DNA of 64,000 nt from Chiloscyllium plagiosum (GCF_004010195.1 NC_057760.1:4559477-4623476); one strand, 5' to 3'; counted from the first letter of the stretch, positions 12,777 to 24,200 are shown. Numbers and translations: made by a program. Notes: generated by a model from the letters alone, not told the origin.

Positions 12777-13790
12777 CTGAGGGAATGCCGCACTGTCAGA
12801 GGGTCAGCACTGAGGGAGTGCCGCACTGTCGGAGTGTCAGCACTGAGGGAGTGCCTCACTGTCGGAGGGTCAGCACTGAGGGAGTGCCTCACTGTCGGAG
12901 GGTCAGCACTGAGGGAATGCTGCACTGTCGGAGGGTCAGCACTGAGGGAATGCCGCACTGTCAGAGGGTCAGCACTGAGGGAGCGCCTCACTGTCGGAGT
13001 GTCAGCACTGAGGGAATGCCGCACTGTCAGAGGGTCAACGCTGAGGGAGTGCCTCACTGTCGGAGGGTCAGTGCTGAGGGAGTGCCTCACTGTCGGAGGA
13101 TCAGTGTTGAGGGAGTGCCTCATTGTCGGAGTGTCAGCACTGAGGGAATGCCGCACTGTCAGAGGGTCAGTGCTGAGGGAGTGCCTCACTGTCGAGGGAG
13201 TGCCTCATTGTCAGAGTGTCAGCACTGAGGGAATGCCGCACTGTCAGAGGGTCAGCACTGAAGGAGCGCCTCATTGTCATAGTGTCAGCACTGAGGGAAT
13301 GCCACACTGTCAGAGGGTCAGCGCTGAGGGAGTGCCTCACTGTCGGAGTGTCAGCACTGAGGGGGTGCCTCACTGTCGGAGGATCAGCACTCAGGCAGTG
13401 TCGCACTGTCGAGGGTCAGTGCTGAGGGAGTGCCTCACTGTCGAGGGAGTGCCTCATTGTCGGAGTGTCAGCACTGAGGGAATGCCACACTGTCAGAGGG
13501 TCAGCGCTGAGGGGGTGCCTCACTGTCGGAGGATCAGCACTCAGGCAGTGTCGCACTGTCGGAGGATCAGCACTCAGGCAGTGTCGCACTGTCAGAGGAT
13601 TAGTACTCAGGCAGTGTCGCACTGTCGGAGGAACAGCACTCAGGCAGTGTCGCACTGTCGGAGGATTAGTACTCAGGCAGTGTCGCACTGTCGGAGGATC
13701 AGCACTCAGGCAGTGTCGCACTGTCGGAGGATTAGTACTCAGGCAGTGTTGCACTGTCGGAGGATCAGTACTCAGGCAGTGTCGCACTAT
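12777..13790 (+). repeat. 33-bp minisatellite (about 30 units)
   Basis: Unit GAGGGAGTGCCGCACTGTCGGAGGGTCAGCACT; produces 11-aa repeating spurious ORFs. Confidence 0.97.
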
Positions 13791-14035
13791 TGGGAGACTC
13801 CTATTTCAGAGGAAACCTGCTAAAGATGAATATGAAAGATCCCTTGGAATAAAATGAATATGTCACCAACCTTGGTATGGTGTATGGATGCAGAGAAGTG
13901 TCCTGAACACAGTTAAATGTGAACATGTCCTGGGAGGATAATAAAGATGAAAAACCTCACAATCATAGAACTCCTACAGCATGGGAGCAGGCCATTTGGC
14001 CCATTAAGTCTACAACTGACCCTCTGAAGAACAGG

Positions 14036-14160
14036 TAAAAACAATGACTGCAGATGCTGGAAACCAGATTCTGGATTAGTGGTGCTGGAAGAGCACAGCA
14101 GTTCAGGCAGCATCCAAGGAGCAGTAAAATCGACATTTCAGACAAAAGCCCTTCATCAGG
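14036..14160 (-). mobile_element. Penelope-tail insertion nested in a SINE
   Basis: Tail sequence as at 50027; flank duplication CCTC(T/C)GAAGA(A/G)CA. Confidence 0.8.
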
Positions 14161-14274
14161 CCTCCGAAGAGCAGCACACCCAGACCCACACCATATATCC
14201 CTGCATTTCCTATGGCCAATCCACCCTAATCTTTGCACTGTGGGTGGAAACTGGAGCATCTGGAGGAAACCCAC

Positions 14275-15952
14275 TGTTATGAAGGTGTAGCTGTGTACTG
14301 TACCTTTAAAAGAGACTGGAAGCTGCCAAGAAAATCAACAAGCATAGACTGCTAGCCACATAGCTTTCTGAAAGGTACCTGTCCATAAAATAAGTTGTGC
14401 AGCAGAAGACCGAAGAAGAGACGACCCAGGAAAACCCAGAGTGAAATCTACAGAGGAGAATTGATAAATCTTAATTGTTTTTTTTAAATCGGACCAGTAT
14501 TGTAGAGTGGGAGGTAAAAGATAGGTTTAAGAGAAAGGCGTTGTAAATAGTTGTTGGTTTTAATGTTCTCTGTTGGACTTAAAGAATAAAATTGTTAATT
14601 TTTACATTGAATAGTGACCTCTGGGATAGATCTTTGCCTCTCAAAATTTAACTGTTCCAACACGGGTAAACCCCTCTGCTAATTTAAACCTGACACACAG
14701 AGAAGCTCATCTCGTGCCATAATCTGTAAAATTTTGAGAGGCAAAAGAACTATCACAGAGGTCACTATTTAAAGTAAAAATTACAAACAAAAAACGTTTC
14801 TTGGCAGTTCTCCCCCTAACTGTTCAAAATGTCTGGTTTTATACCCCAAAACATTGGATCATTTCATTGGTTTGATGTCATCAAAACACTAAAGTCCAAT
14901 TCAAAGAAAGAAAACAAAGAAAATTTACAGCCCAGGAACAGGCCCTTCGGCCCGTCAAGTCTGAGCCGATCCAAATGTACTGTCTAAACCTATCGGTCAA
15001 TTCCTAAACATCTGTATCCCTCTGCTCCCCACCTACTCATGTATCTATCCAGATGCACCTTAAATGAATCTACCGTGCCTGTCTCTCCCACATCTGCTGG
15101 CAATGCGTTCCAAACGCCCACCACCCTCTGTGTGAAGTACTTGCCACGTGTATCCCCCTTAAACTTTTCACCTCTCACCTTGAAAGCATGACCTCTCATT
15201 ATTGAATTCTTTACCCTGGGAAAAAGTTTGTCTCTATACACCCTGTCCATACCTTTCATGATTTTGTAAACCACAATCAGGTCCCCCTCAATCTCCTTTT
15301 TACTAATGAAAATAAACCTAACCTACTCAACCTCTCTTCATAGCTAGCACCTTCCATACCAGATAGCTAGCACCTTCCATACCAGGCAACATTCTCGTAA
15401 ACCTTCTCTGCACCCTCTCCAAAGTGTCCACATCTTTTTGGTAATGTGGCAACCAGAGCTGTACACTGTATTCTAAATACGGCCAAACCAATGTCTTGTA
15501 CAATTTTAACATGAATTGCCAGCTCTTATACTCAATAACCCGTCCAATGAAGGCAATGCCATTTTTCCGCCCAACTCTCCAGTCTATCTATACTCTCCTG
15601 TATTCTCTGACAGTCCCTTATGCTTTCTGCTACTCCATCAATCTTTGTGTCATCTGCAAACTTGCTGATTATACCAACAGTGCCCTCTTCCAGATCATTA
15701 ACGTATATTACAAACAACAGTGGCCCAATACTGACCACTGTGCATTCGATTGGATTTTGGCATCTTGGGGCATTATTTAAACTGATTGGCCAAATTTGAA
15801 TTTGTTATGTATCATGGCAACTCAGCTGCACTATTGGTTTCACAGCCAAATGTTACATTTTAAATTCTTTCAGCACACTCTCTGCCTCTCTAAGTCAGTA
15901 CCAGTTTCCAGTCTCTCTTAAAGGTATAGTGCACATCTACACCTTCATAACA
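14275..15952. mobile_element. Inverted pair of LTRs (3875-4704 family): truncated + LTR 14275-14652 joined to a - LTR 14653-15952
   Basis: Ends TGTTATGAAGGTGTAG and CTACACCTTCATAACA; CCCAC duplicated at 14270-14274 and 15953-15957; minus LTR interrupted by a CR1 fragment. Confidence 0.8.
14903..15740 (-). mobile_element. CR1-type LINE 3' fragment
   Basis: GPLLFVIYVNDL, SKFADDTK, LYKTLVWPYLEYSVQ, LERVQRRFTRM; simple-repeat tail at 14903. Confidence 0.9.
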
Positions 15953-15960
15953 CCCACCGT

Positions 15961-16274
15961 GTGGGTGGCACGGTGGCACAGTGGTTAGCACTGCTGCCTC
16001 ACAGCGCCAGAGACCCGGGTTCAATTCCCGCCTCAGGCGACTGACTGTGTGGAGTTTGCACGTTCTCCCCGTGTCTGCGTGGGTTTCCTCCGGGTGCTCC
16101 GGTTTCCTCCCACAGTCCAAAAATGTGCAGGGGTCAGGTGAATTGGCCCTGCTAAATTGCCCGTAGTGTTAGGTAAGGGGTAAATGTATGGGTGGGTTTC
16201 GCTTCGGCGGGGCGGTGTGGACTTGTTGGGCCGAAGGGCCTGTTTCCACACTGTAAGTAATCTAATCTAATCTA
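15961..16274 (+). mobile_element. tRNA-derived SINE (shark HE1-like)
   Basis: A-box GGTGGCACAGTGG, B-box GGTTCAATTCC, GAAGGGCCTGTTTCC tail plus (TCTAA)n; TSD AACACCCAC at 15949-15957 and 16275-16283. Confidence 0.9.
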
Positions 16275-17399
16275 AACACCCACACAGACATGGGGAGAAT
16301 GTCTGTGTAGAGTTTGCAGTCACCTGAGGCTGGAATTGAACCTGGGTCCCTGGCACTGTAAGGCAGCAGTACTAACCAGTAAACTACCTGCCACCCACTC
16401 TGTTAAAAGTACTTAGGTGAGCACCGGAAATGTCATAACATTCCAGTCTATAGGCCAAGTGCTAGAAAATGGGATTAGTGCAGACTCGATGGGCCGACTG
16501 GCCTCTTGTGTGCAGTTTGAATCTCTCACAATTTTGAGGGGAGGGAGTGGTGAGGCGAGAATTACCTCCATTAACTTGGGGTATATCTACATGGCCGGGG
16601 ACCTGATGACGATCGCCTTGCTTTTTGTGAGATCTTGCTATGCGAGGTTAAACAATGACCGCACTTCATTGGCTATAAGGAACTTTGGGACGTCCAGAGG
16701 TAGCGACAAGCGCTATCGAAAGTCATTTCCTAGAGGAGGGCTGGGAAGTAGGGAGGAGGGACTGGGGTTGGAGGGGATGGAGAAAAGGATGGATGAAGAG
16801 GAGGGGGAATGGAAAGGAGGGATGGGGGCATGGTGGGGAGAGATGGGGATGGTGGGATGGGTGATGGAGGGGAGGAGGGGAGAGGGAGGATAGAGAGGAG
16901 GGATGAGTGATGGAGGGAATGAGGTAGAGTTGGGAATGGAGCGAAGGGGGGAGCAGATTGGAGGGGTGGGGAATTCCCTTACCCCCTACCGACTCTCCCT
17001 GCCCAACAGGGTCTGCTGAGTTTGGTCTCGATGGAGAACACAAGTCCCCGGGGGGACTGAGGGGCAGGATTCGGGGCTGAAACCTCGACATTAAAAACCC
17101 TGCAGCAGCTCAACAGTAATCTCCTTGAAAATAAACCCAACAGCGACATAAACTCCGCAGGGAGCGAGTCCTGGAGAGGATTACAGACAGCATTCCAAAA
17201 TCATTTCCATCTCACCAGTTTTTGGGAGAACTGACTGTACATTAACCGTGAAATTGCACAAAATTAAATTAAACCATAAATCGCACAATTCAGAATTACG
17301 TTATTAAAACTAAATTCTAAAGCTGCATTATTAAAAACCGTTTAAACAGTAACAAGTTAAATAATGTCAGTTGTAGTAATTGCGATTGGAATTAGTGAG

Positions 17400-18360
17400 A
17401 GAGCGGACACACCTCGGGGACAGTGCCCGCTGCTTCCCTCTCCCTCTCCCCGGAGACAGGCGCCGATTGTGGGCAGCACTAACTTCACGGGCCCGGCCAC
17501 AAACAGCGAGCATCAGCCAGACCACAGCCAGAATCTTCCACATGCTTTCCCCCGGAGCGGCTAACGGGAGGAGAGCGAAGCCTGGCCCCGCGATCCGCTC
17601 ACTGCCCGCGGCTCATTCATTCAGCCAGAGCTCGGTACCTGGAGGCGGCTCCTTACCTCACCCCCTCAGCCCGGGATCCAGCTCCCTGTCACACACCCCT
17701 CCCTAACATCCCTTCTATCTCCCCCACCCCTTCCCCCTTTGTCCTGCTCCCTCTCAACTTCCCCAATCTCTTTCTCTCTCTCTTTCTTTCCCCCCCTCTG
17801 TCCCACTCCCCCACTCCCTTTGATTATTTTATGAATGAGTCTTCTATAACTATTTGTAACACATTTCTACCCAATCCGCTCGGACCCGACACACGGTGCT
17901 CCGACATCGGTCCAATTGAAAGCTGAGACAGACAGCTGGGCGGAGCATGAGAGACAGAGGGGGGCAAAGTGAGGGAGAGGACGGGGAGAGTGGTCAGTGA
18001 GGTCTAGGTGAAGGAGATGCCTTTCGTTATTGATCATTCCCGACAGAATCGACCAAAGATTTTTCTGCCGAGGTATCAGTTTCCCGTTAGACTCTGAAGA
18101 ACAGTGAGTACAGGGCGGCTACTCAAAGGCAGACACCAAGCGCCCGGAGGTTGTGGGCAGGGGACAGAGACTGTGCGGAGAAGCTGCAGCTCCACAGATC
18201 AGAAATCTCCCAAGAGCTAAGGGGGAAGGCAGCTCCGACTAACTCACATCTCTCCCCCTCACCCTCAGCAGTTTCGCTGTGCCCTCCAGAACACAGCTCT
18301 ATTGGAGTGGCCACCGCTCTCTGCTTCAGGAAGTAAATGTTGGGAATTAGCGGCACGTTG
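17400..18360 (-). promoter_or_regulatory. CpG-rich promoter/5' region of the LTBP4-like gene
   Basis: Local CpG enrichment around the signal-peptide exon, with purine/pyrimidine tracts at about 16730-16980 and 17700-17820. Confidence 0.6.
17413..17543 (-). CDS. LTBP4: LTBP4-like first coding exon (signal peptide)
   Basis: ATG at 17543 in a CpG-rich region; MWKILAVVWLMLAVCGRAREVSAAHNRRLSPGRGRGKQRALSP; 131 nt ending AG|GTGTGT in phase 2, matching the phase-2 acceptor of the exon at 11128. Confidence 0.8.
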
Positions 18361-18777
18361 TTAAGTCCTGAAATCAGAGCAAGTGAAATGAAGCGAAGAG
18401 AATGTACAGGTTTACATAAAACACGGGGCTAACCTCACAAACTGAACAGACAACCAGATGCTGTGAGAGCTGTCACTGAACAAAACTGTTCACAACAGCC
18501 CGAGCTGGGGGAAGGTGTGGGGGCTGGCTAACTGCCCAACTGTGTCCACTCACACAAAGCTTCCTCCATCCAAACTGGCGGGCTCAGCATCACTGAGAGT
18601 CGGGACAGAAATCAGGTGAAGCTCCCTGGTTAAGAATTGTTTCATGTTTCTAATCCTTCATTAATCCTCCACCATTGATCAGTTAGACAATAACCTGCAA
18701 TGGTGGTCTGTGCTGCTAAGGGCAGGGAAGGGGGGAGTGGAGGGGGAGGAGTTGGGATGGGGTGGGGTGGGGAGTAG

Positions 18778-18951
18778 NNNNNNNNNNNNNNNNNNNNNNN
18801 NNNNNNNNNNNNNNNNNNNNNNNNNNNNNNNNNNNNNNNNNNNNNNNNNNNNNNNNNNNNNNNNNNNNNNNNNNNNNNNNNNNNNNNNNNNNNNNNNNNN
18901 NNNNNNNNNNNNNNNNNNNNNNNNNNNNNNNNNNNNNNNNNNNNNNNNNNN
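18778..18951. other. Assembly gap inside a G-rich tract
   Basis: Run of N. Confidence 1.
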
Positions 18952-19404
18952 TGGGGAGGGGAATAGGGAGGGGGTGGAGAGGGGAGTAGGGAAAGGGATG
19001 GGGTGAGGAGGGAAGTAGGCTGCTGGTTTCTGAGATTGATGTAGGCACCATCCAGGCTCATGATTGCAGCGTGCCAGTGCTCAGCACTGAGCCTCACAGT
19101 GCCTATAGCAGATGGTATTTCAGGGGCAGTCCGCTCTATTCTCTGGTTGGCAGCTGGGCAGCTGGAGGAAGTGAGAATGAATCCAGATTCCTCCCTTGGT
19201 CCTGAGTGTGGTTGAAGACATTGAAGACATTCCTGCTCTATCAAAACCTTGCTTGTGGAGGGGAAGTGTTAGCGACTGTGCTGGTCATCAAGGCAGCATT
19301 TCCCTGGATGTGGCATCAAACAGCCCAAGGAAAATGCCAACAGGAATGTGAATGAGGAGGAAAACTCTCTGCAGGTATTTAGAAAGATGGTATGGTCTCT
19401 GGGG

Positions 19405-20205
19405 GTCAGTCATCTCAGCTCTGCAGGAGTTCCTCAGGGTAGTGTCCTACATCAAACCATCTTCAGCTACTTCATCAATGACCTTCCCTCCATCATACAG
19501 TCAGAAGTGGGGATGTTCATTGATGATTGCACAGTATTCAGCACCATTCATAACTGCTGTTACTGAAACGAGATTTGGAGAATATCCAGATTTGGGCTGA
19601 CATGGAGCAAGTAACATTCAATCACACAAGTGTCACCAATGACCATCTTCAACACGAGAGAATGTAACCATTATTTCTTGACATTCAATGGCATTACAAC
19701 CACTGAGACCCTCACCATCAACATCCTGGGGTCATCATTGATGGTAGAACCTGTCTAAGCATATAAGTACTGTAACAAACACAGGGAATACTGGAGAAAG
19801 TTGGCAAGGTTGGCAGCATCTGTGGATAAGGAGAGCATTCACATTTTGAATCTGATTTGACTCATCTTCGGAACTCTAAAATACATAAATATAGCAGCTA
19901 AAAAATAAGGTGGACTCTAGGAAACCTGAAGTCAAGAAGTCATCTGCTGTTTGCCCAATATATTGTCCACCATTTATAAGGGACAAGTCAGGAGTGTGAT
20001 GGAATACTCCCTACTTGCCTAGATGAGTGCACCTTTAACAACACTCAAGAAGCTTGACATCATTCAGAGCAAAGTTGCCTTTTTGATTGGCTTTTCATCA
20101 CCTTCAACATTCACTCTCTCTGCTATTAATAGTGAGTAGTAGCAGTGTCTATCATCTACAGAATACACTGCAGTAACTCACCAAGGCTCCTTCGACAGCA
20201 GCTTC
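19405..20205 (+). mobile_element. Old CR1-group LINE RT fragment
   Basis: SAGVPQGSVL...FINDLPS...MFIDDCT. Confidence 0.75.
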
Positions 20206-20412
20206 CAAAGTGTTGTGAAGTTGGGTAGAGTAATTGTAAATTGGGAGATAAAATGTTAGAATTTGGTGTTTGTAAAATTGTAAAATGGGGAAAGAATTGC
20301 ATGGTCTCTGTAAAAGATGTTTTTTTTTCTGTGCTTGGAGATTTAAAATGCAAGTACCCAGCAAGCCTGAACTGAAACATTTGTATCGAAAGGCCATACA
20401 GTTAACATCTTT

Positions 20413-21372
20413 GAGGAGAAAGTGAGGACTGCAGATGCTGGAGATCAGAGCTGAAAATGTGTTGCTGGAAAAGCGCAGCAGGTCAGGCAGCATCCAAGGA
20501 GCAGGAGAATCGACGTTTCGGGCATAAGCCCTTCTTCAGGAATGAGGAAAGTTTGTCCAGCAGGCTACTGGTGAAGTCCAAGTTCATCCCCTGTGGTTGG
20601 AGGGTTCCCAGTCGGAAGATAAGATGCTCCTCCTCCGACCGTCGGGTTGTTGTGGTTTGGCGGTGGATGAGTCCAATGACCTGCATATCCTCGGTGGAGT
20701 GGGAGGGGGAGTTGAGATGCTGTGCTACAGGTTGGTTGGGTTGGTTCGTCCGGGTGGCCCAGAGGTGCTCTCTGAATCGCTCCGCAAGTAGGCGGCCTGT
20801 CTCCCCAATATAGAGGAGGCCACACCGGTTGCAGCGGATGCAGTAGATGATGTGGGTGGAGGTGCAGGTGAATCTGTGGCGGATATGGAATTTTCCTTTG
20901 GGGCCTTGGAGAGAAGTGAGGGGGGAGGTGTGGGCGCAAGTGTTGCACCTCCTGCGGTTGCAAGGGAAGGTGCCGGGAGTGGTGGTTGGGTCGGTGGGGG
21001 GTGTGGATCTGACAAGGGAGTCGCGGAGGTAGTGGTCTCTACGGAAAGCTGATAGGGGAGGGGAGGGAAATATATCCTTGGTGCTGGGTCTGTTTGGAGG
21101 TGGCGGAAGTGACGGCGGATGATGCGCTGTACATGGGGATTGGTGGGGTGGTAGGTGGGGGCCAGTGGGGTTCTGTCCTGGTGGCGGTTGGAGGGGCGGG
21201 GCTCAAGGGCGGAGGAGCAGGAAGTGGAAGAGATGTGGTGGAGGGCATCGTCGACCACGTCGGGGGGGAAATTGCGGTCCTTGAAGAAAGAGGCCATCTG
21301 GGTTGTGCGTTTTTGGAACTGGTCCTCCTGGGAGCAGATGCGGCGGAGTCGAAGGAATTGGGAGAATGGGAT
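20413..21372 (-). mobile_element. 5'-truncated Penelope-like retroelement (Neptune-type): RT thumb, Cys linker, GIY-YIG endonuclease, hammerhead tail
   Basis: IPFSQFLRLRRICS...MASFFKDRNFP; GTFPCNRRRCNTC; IYCIRCNRCGLLYIGETGR; LIFRLGTLQPQGMN; frameshifted; hammerhead core 20508-20543. Confidence 0.92.
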
Positions 21373-21679
21373 CCTCTTTGGGTGTTTCAGTTTTAGGTTT
21401 CACGAGAGGGTGGAGGGCGGGAGTCAACTCCACTTTTTAACACAAAGCCACCATCCTGATAAGTTAGGAAGGCATTATCACACCAGATTTCCTTAGAATA
21501 CAAAATGATGCTGATCACATTATTTCGTTTAGTGGCTGAGGGATACATATTGGTCCAAAACACCAAGAAAAAGACTCTGGTTCTTCTGCAAAATAGGGAC
21601 CATGATACTTTAAACCCTTGAGAACACATAGAATCTCAATTGAATGCCTCATCCAAAAAATGATCCTCATTTGATAGTG

Positions 21680-22082
21680 CACACTCCTCCAGTACTGATC
21701 TTCCAACAATGGAGCACTCTCTCAGTGCTGACCTTCTGACAGTGCGGCACTCCCTCAGTGCCGACCCTCTGACCCTCTGACAGCACGGTGTTCCCTCAGC
21801 ACTGATCCTCTGACAGTGTGGCACTACCTCAGCACTGACCCTCTGACAGTGCAGCACAACCTCAGTACTAACCTTCCGACAGTGCGGCACTCCCTCAGTA
21901 CTGACCCCCCGACAGTGCGGCATCCCTCAGCACTGACCCTCTGACAGTGCAGCACTCCCTCAGCGCTGACCGTCCGACAGTGCAGCACTCCCTCAGCACT
22001 GACCGCCTGACAGTGCAGCACTCCCTCAGTGCTGACCGTCCGACAGTGTGGCATTTCCTCAGCGCTGACCGTCCGACAGTCT
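21680..22082 (-). repeat. 33-bp minisatellite
   Basis: Reverse complement of the same unit. Confidence 0.95.
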
Positions 22083-23264
22083 GTCATCACTTCAGACACT
22101 CCCAAACATCTCACCCACCTTTCCTCTCCAAGCAGATGCAGTGATCCAAGTGAGTGACCAGTCATCTCCTGTGATGGATGTTTGTGGGGAAGGGGAAATC
22201 CTCATTCTGTCCTCATCTATTAGAATGAGAGTGAGCAAATGAATGAGTGATAGAGAGAGAGAGAGAGAGAAAATGGCAATAAGGTTGTCTGATTCTTCCT
22301 GGACTGTCTAACTGTTGGGCCCCAAACTAAGACTGCACTCAACTGTCACTTCATTGTCCATAGTATGGTGTGATTGTAATAAGGTCCTGTTTGTAGCAGG
22401 ATGCTGAATAGTTTGTGCCTTTTGTGACCTAACAGACAATAAGCCCAGCCTCAAAACAAGGTGGCCCTTGTTCAGATATTTGGTCATGTTTTGCTCTTCA
22501 CCAGGTTTTTCCATTGAGCATCTCAATCATGACAGAAATGGCCACTCAACAATGGTTTGTACCAGAGTTTCTGCTCTTTTGGAATTTCATCTGACCCTCT
22601 GTTTATTACTCCTCCCATCATGGTCTACTCCATCTGTATGTTTATCCAGCTTCCCCTTAAATGCATCTCAAGCACTCCGTGTACTGGTTGGTTTCACGTT
22701 CTCAGGGTCAGGTGGTTTTCCTGACATTCTTTATTGAAGTTGTGAACATGCTTCAATCACACATTTGTTACTTGTTAGGGTAATTTTGATTTCACCAGTT
22801 GTTTTTTTTAAAAATAAAGACAATGAGCAGGTGTCTGAGTGCTGTAGAAATGAGTTGCAGAGCTACAGGCAACTCCCACAACCTCAGCTGTTCAGCCATT
22901 CACTCGCTCACAATATGTCTAGACTGCATCAGCCTTTACAATCATTACAATTAGGCGTTTGTGGGGAGTGGGTACAACAGAAGATATTCACTGCCCAACT
23001 CAGTAAAGAGCACAGGTCAGAGTTCAAACAGTGTGGGGTCAATGCAATCCACCCTGAACTGAGCTGGCAGATGCCTTTCTCGAGAAGAATCATACAACTG
23101 TTTGAAGTCAGCACAACTCCAGCAAGTTAAGAAGCTTTTTCTTGTGTAAATAGAACTCTTGTCAGTTTATCTGAGGTATCTGCATGAGAGAGTCCGATTA
23201 GGGTGAAATCGCTATTAAGTATGCAAGTTCACACACATGTTCCACTGAAGGGAACGACTGTAGC

Positions 23265-23278
23265 GTTGTCATGGAGAC
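23265..23278. promoter_or_regulatory. RFX X-box-like motif
   Basis: GTTGTCATGGAGAC, an imperfect palindrome of the GTTGCCATGGCAAC type, in non-repetitive sequence. Confidence 0.4.
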
Positions 23279-23687
23279 CACTGTCGTAAAGGGAGGGTAT
23301 GCCTTGATTGGAAGAACCAAGTACCATTGCAGCATCATCATCCTGCACCAGAGGAGAAGGTGATTTCAGTGATCAAGAGCCAGGGTGTACTGTCTCAGGT
23401 ATACCCTTCTCTCAAATAACCGGGTAAAGGAATGCAGACATGGGAAAGTTTGTGACAGTGAGAAGAAAGAAATTATGAGTGAGCAAGGTTAAAATTAATT
23501 AAACAAACACAAGACCACAGAAAGGATCGACTGGATTTGTCCACATTGCAGGCTTCAACCAGAAACAGACACAATAATCAATTCCTTGAGTAAAGAGCTG
23601 GAAATTGGCAACTTCCACTGTAATAGGAAGGAATTACACTGAGCAGTGGATGGATAGGAGACAGTGAATGAGTCAGGTGCAGGAGGA

Positions 23688-24200
23688 GAGAGTGCTGCAC
23701 TGTCGGAGGGTCAGTGCCGAGGGAATGCCGCACTGTCGGAGGGTCAGTGCTGAGGGAGTGCTGCACTGTCGGAGGGTCAGTGCTGAGGGAGTGGGCACTG
23801 ACGGAGGGTCAGTGCTGCACTGTCGGAGGGTCAGTGCTGAGGGAGTGCCGCACTGTCGGAGAGTCAGTGCTAAGGGAGTGCAGCACTGTCGGAGGGTCAG
23901 TACTGAGGGAGTGCCGCACTGTCGGAGGGTCAGTACTGAGGGAGTGCCGCACTGTCGGAGGGTCAGTGCTGAGGGAGTGCCGCACTGTCGGAGAGTCAGT
24001 GCTGAAGGAGTGCTGCACTGTCGGAGGGTCAGTCTGAGGGAGCGCCGCACTGTCGGAGGGTCAGTGCTGAGAGAGTGCCGCACAGTTGGAGGGTCAGTGC
24101 TGAGCGAGTGCCGCACTGTCAGTACTGAGGGAGTGCCGCACTGTTAGAGGGTCAGTGCTGAGGGAGCACCGCTCTGTCGGAGGGTCAGTGCTGAGGGAGA
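23688..24200 (+). repeat. 33-bp minisatellite
   Basis: Same unit. Confidence 0.95.

Larger units (their letters stand above)
13965..16395 (-). mobile_element. Older SINE split by nested insertions (pieces 13965-14035, 14161-14274, 16284-16395)
   Basis: Pieces are colinear with the reverse complement of the 15961 SINE once the inserts are removed. Confidence 0.75.

Noticed and set aside
12777..13790. CRISPR-like regular repeat
   Set aside because: Head-to-tail units with no unique spacers, no cas genes, vertebrate context
12731..13857. Long Cys/His-rich ORFs (up to 357 aa), also at 21636-22165, 23668-24147 and 34313-34829
   Set aside because: Products of a stop-poor 33-bp minisatellite that is open in several frames on both strands; not zinc-finger or other real proteins
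15961..16040. tRNA gene
   Set aside because: A and B boxes belong to a multi-copy SINE head followed by a SINE body and tail
16417..17091. 158-aa and 122-aa ORFs
   Set aside because: Low-complexity translations of a purine tract in LTBP4 intron 1
18642..19244. ORFs spanning the N run
   Set aside because: Artefacts of the assembly gap
22765..23130. 121-aa plus-strand ORF as a possible KLC3 exon
   Set aside because: No TPR or KLC similarity, non-ATG start, no partner exons
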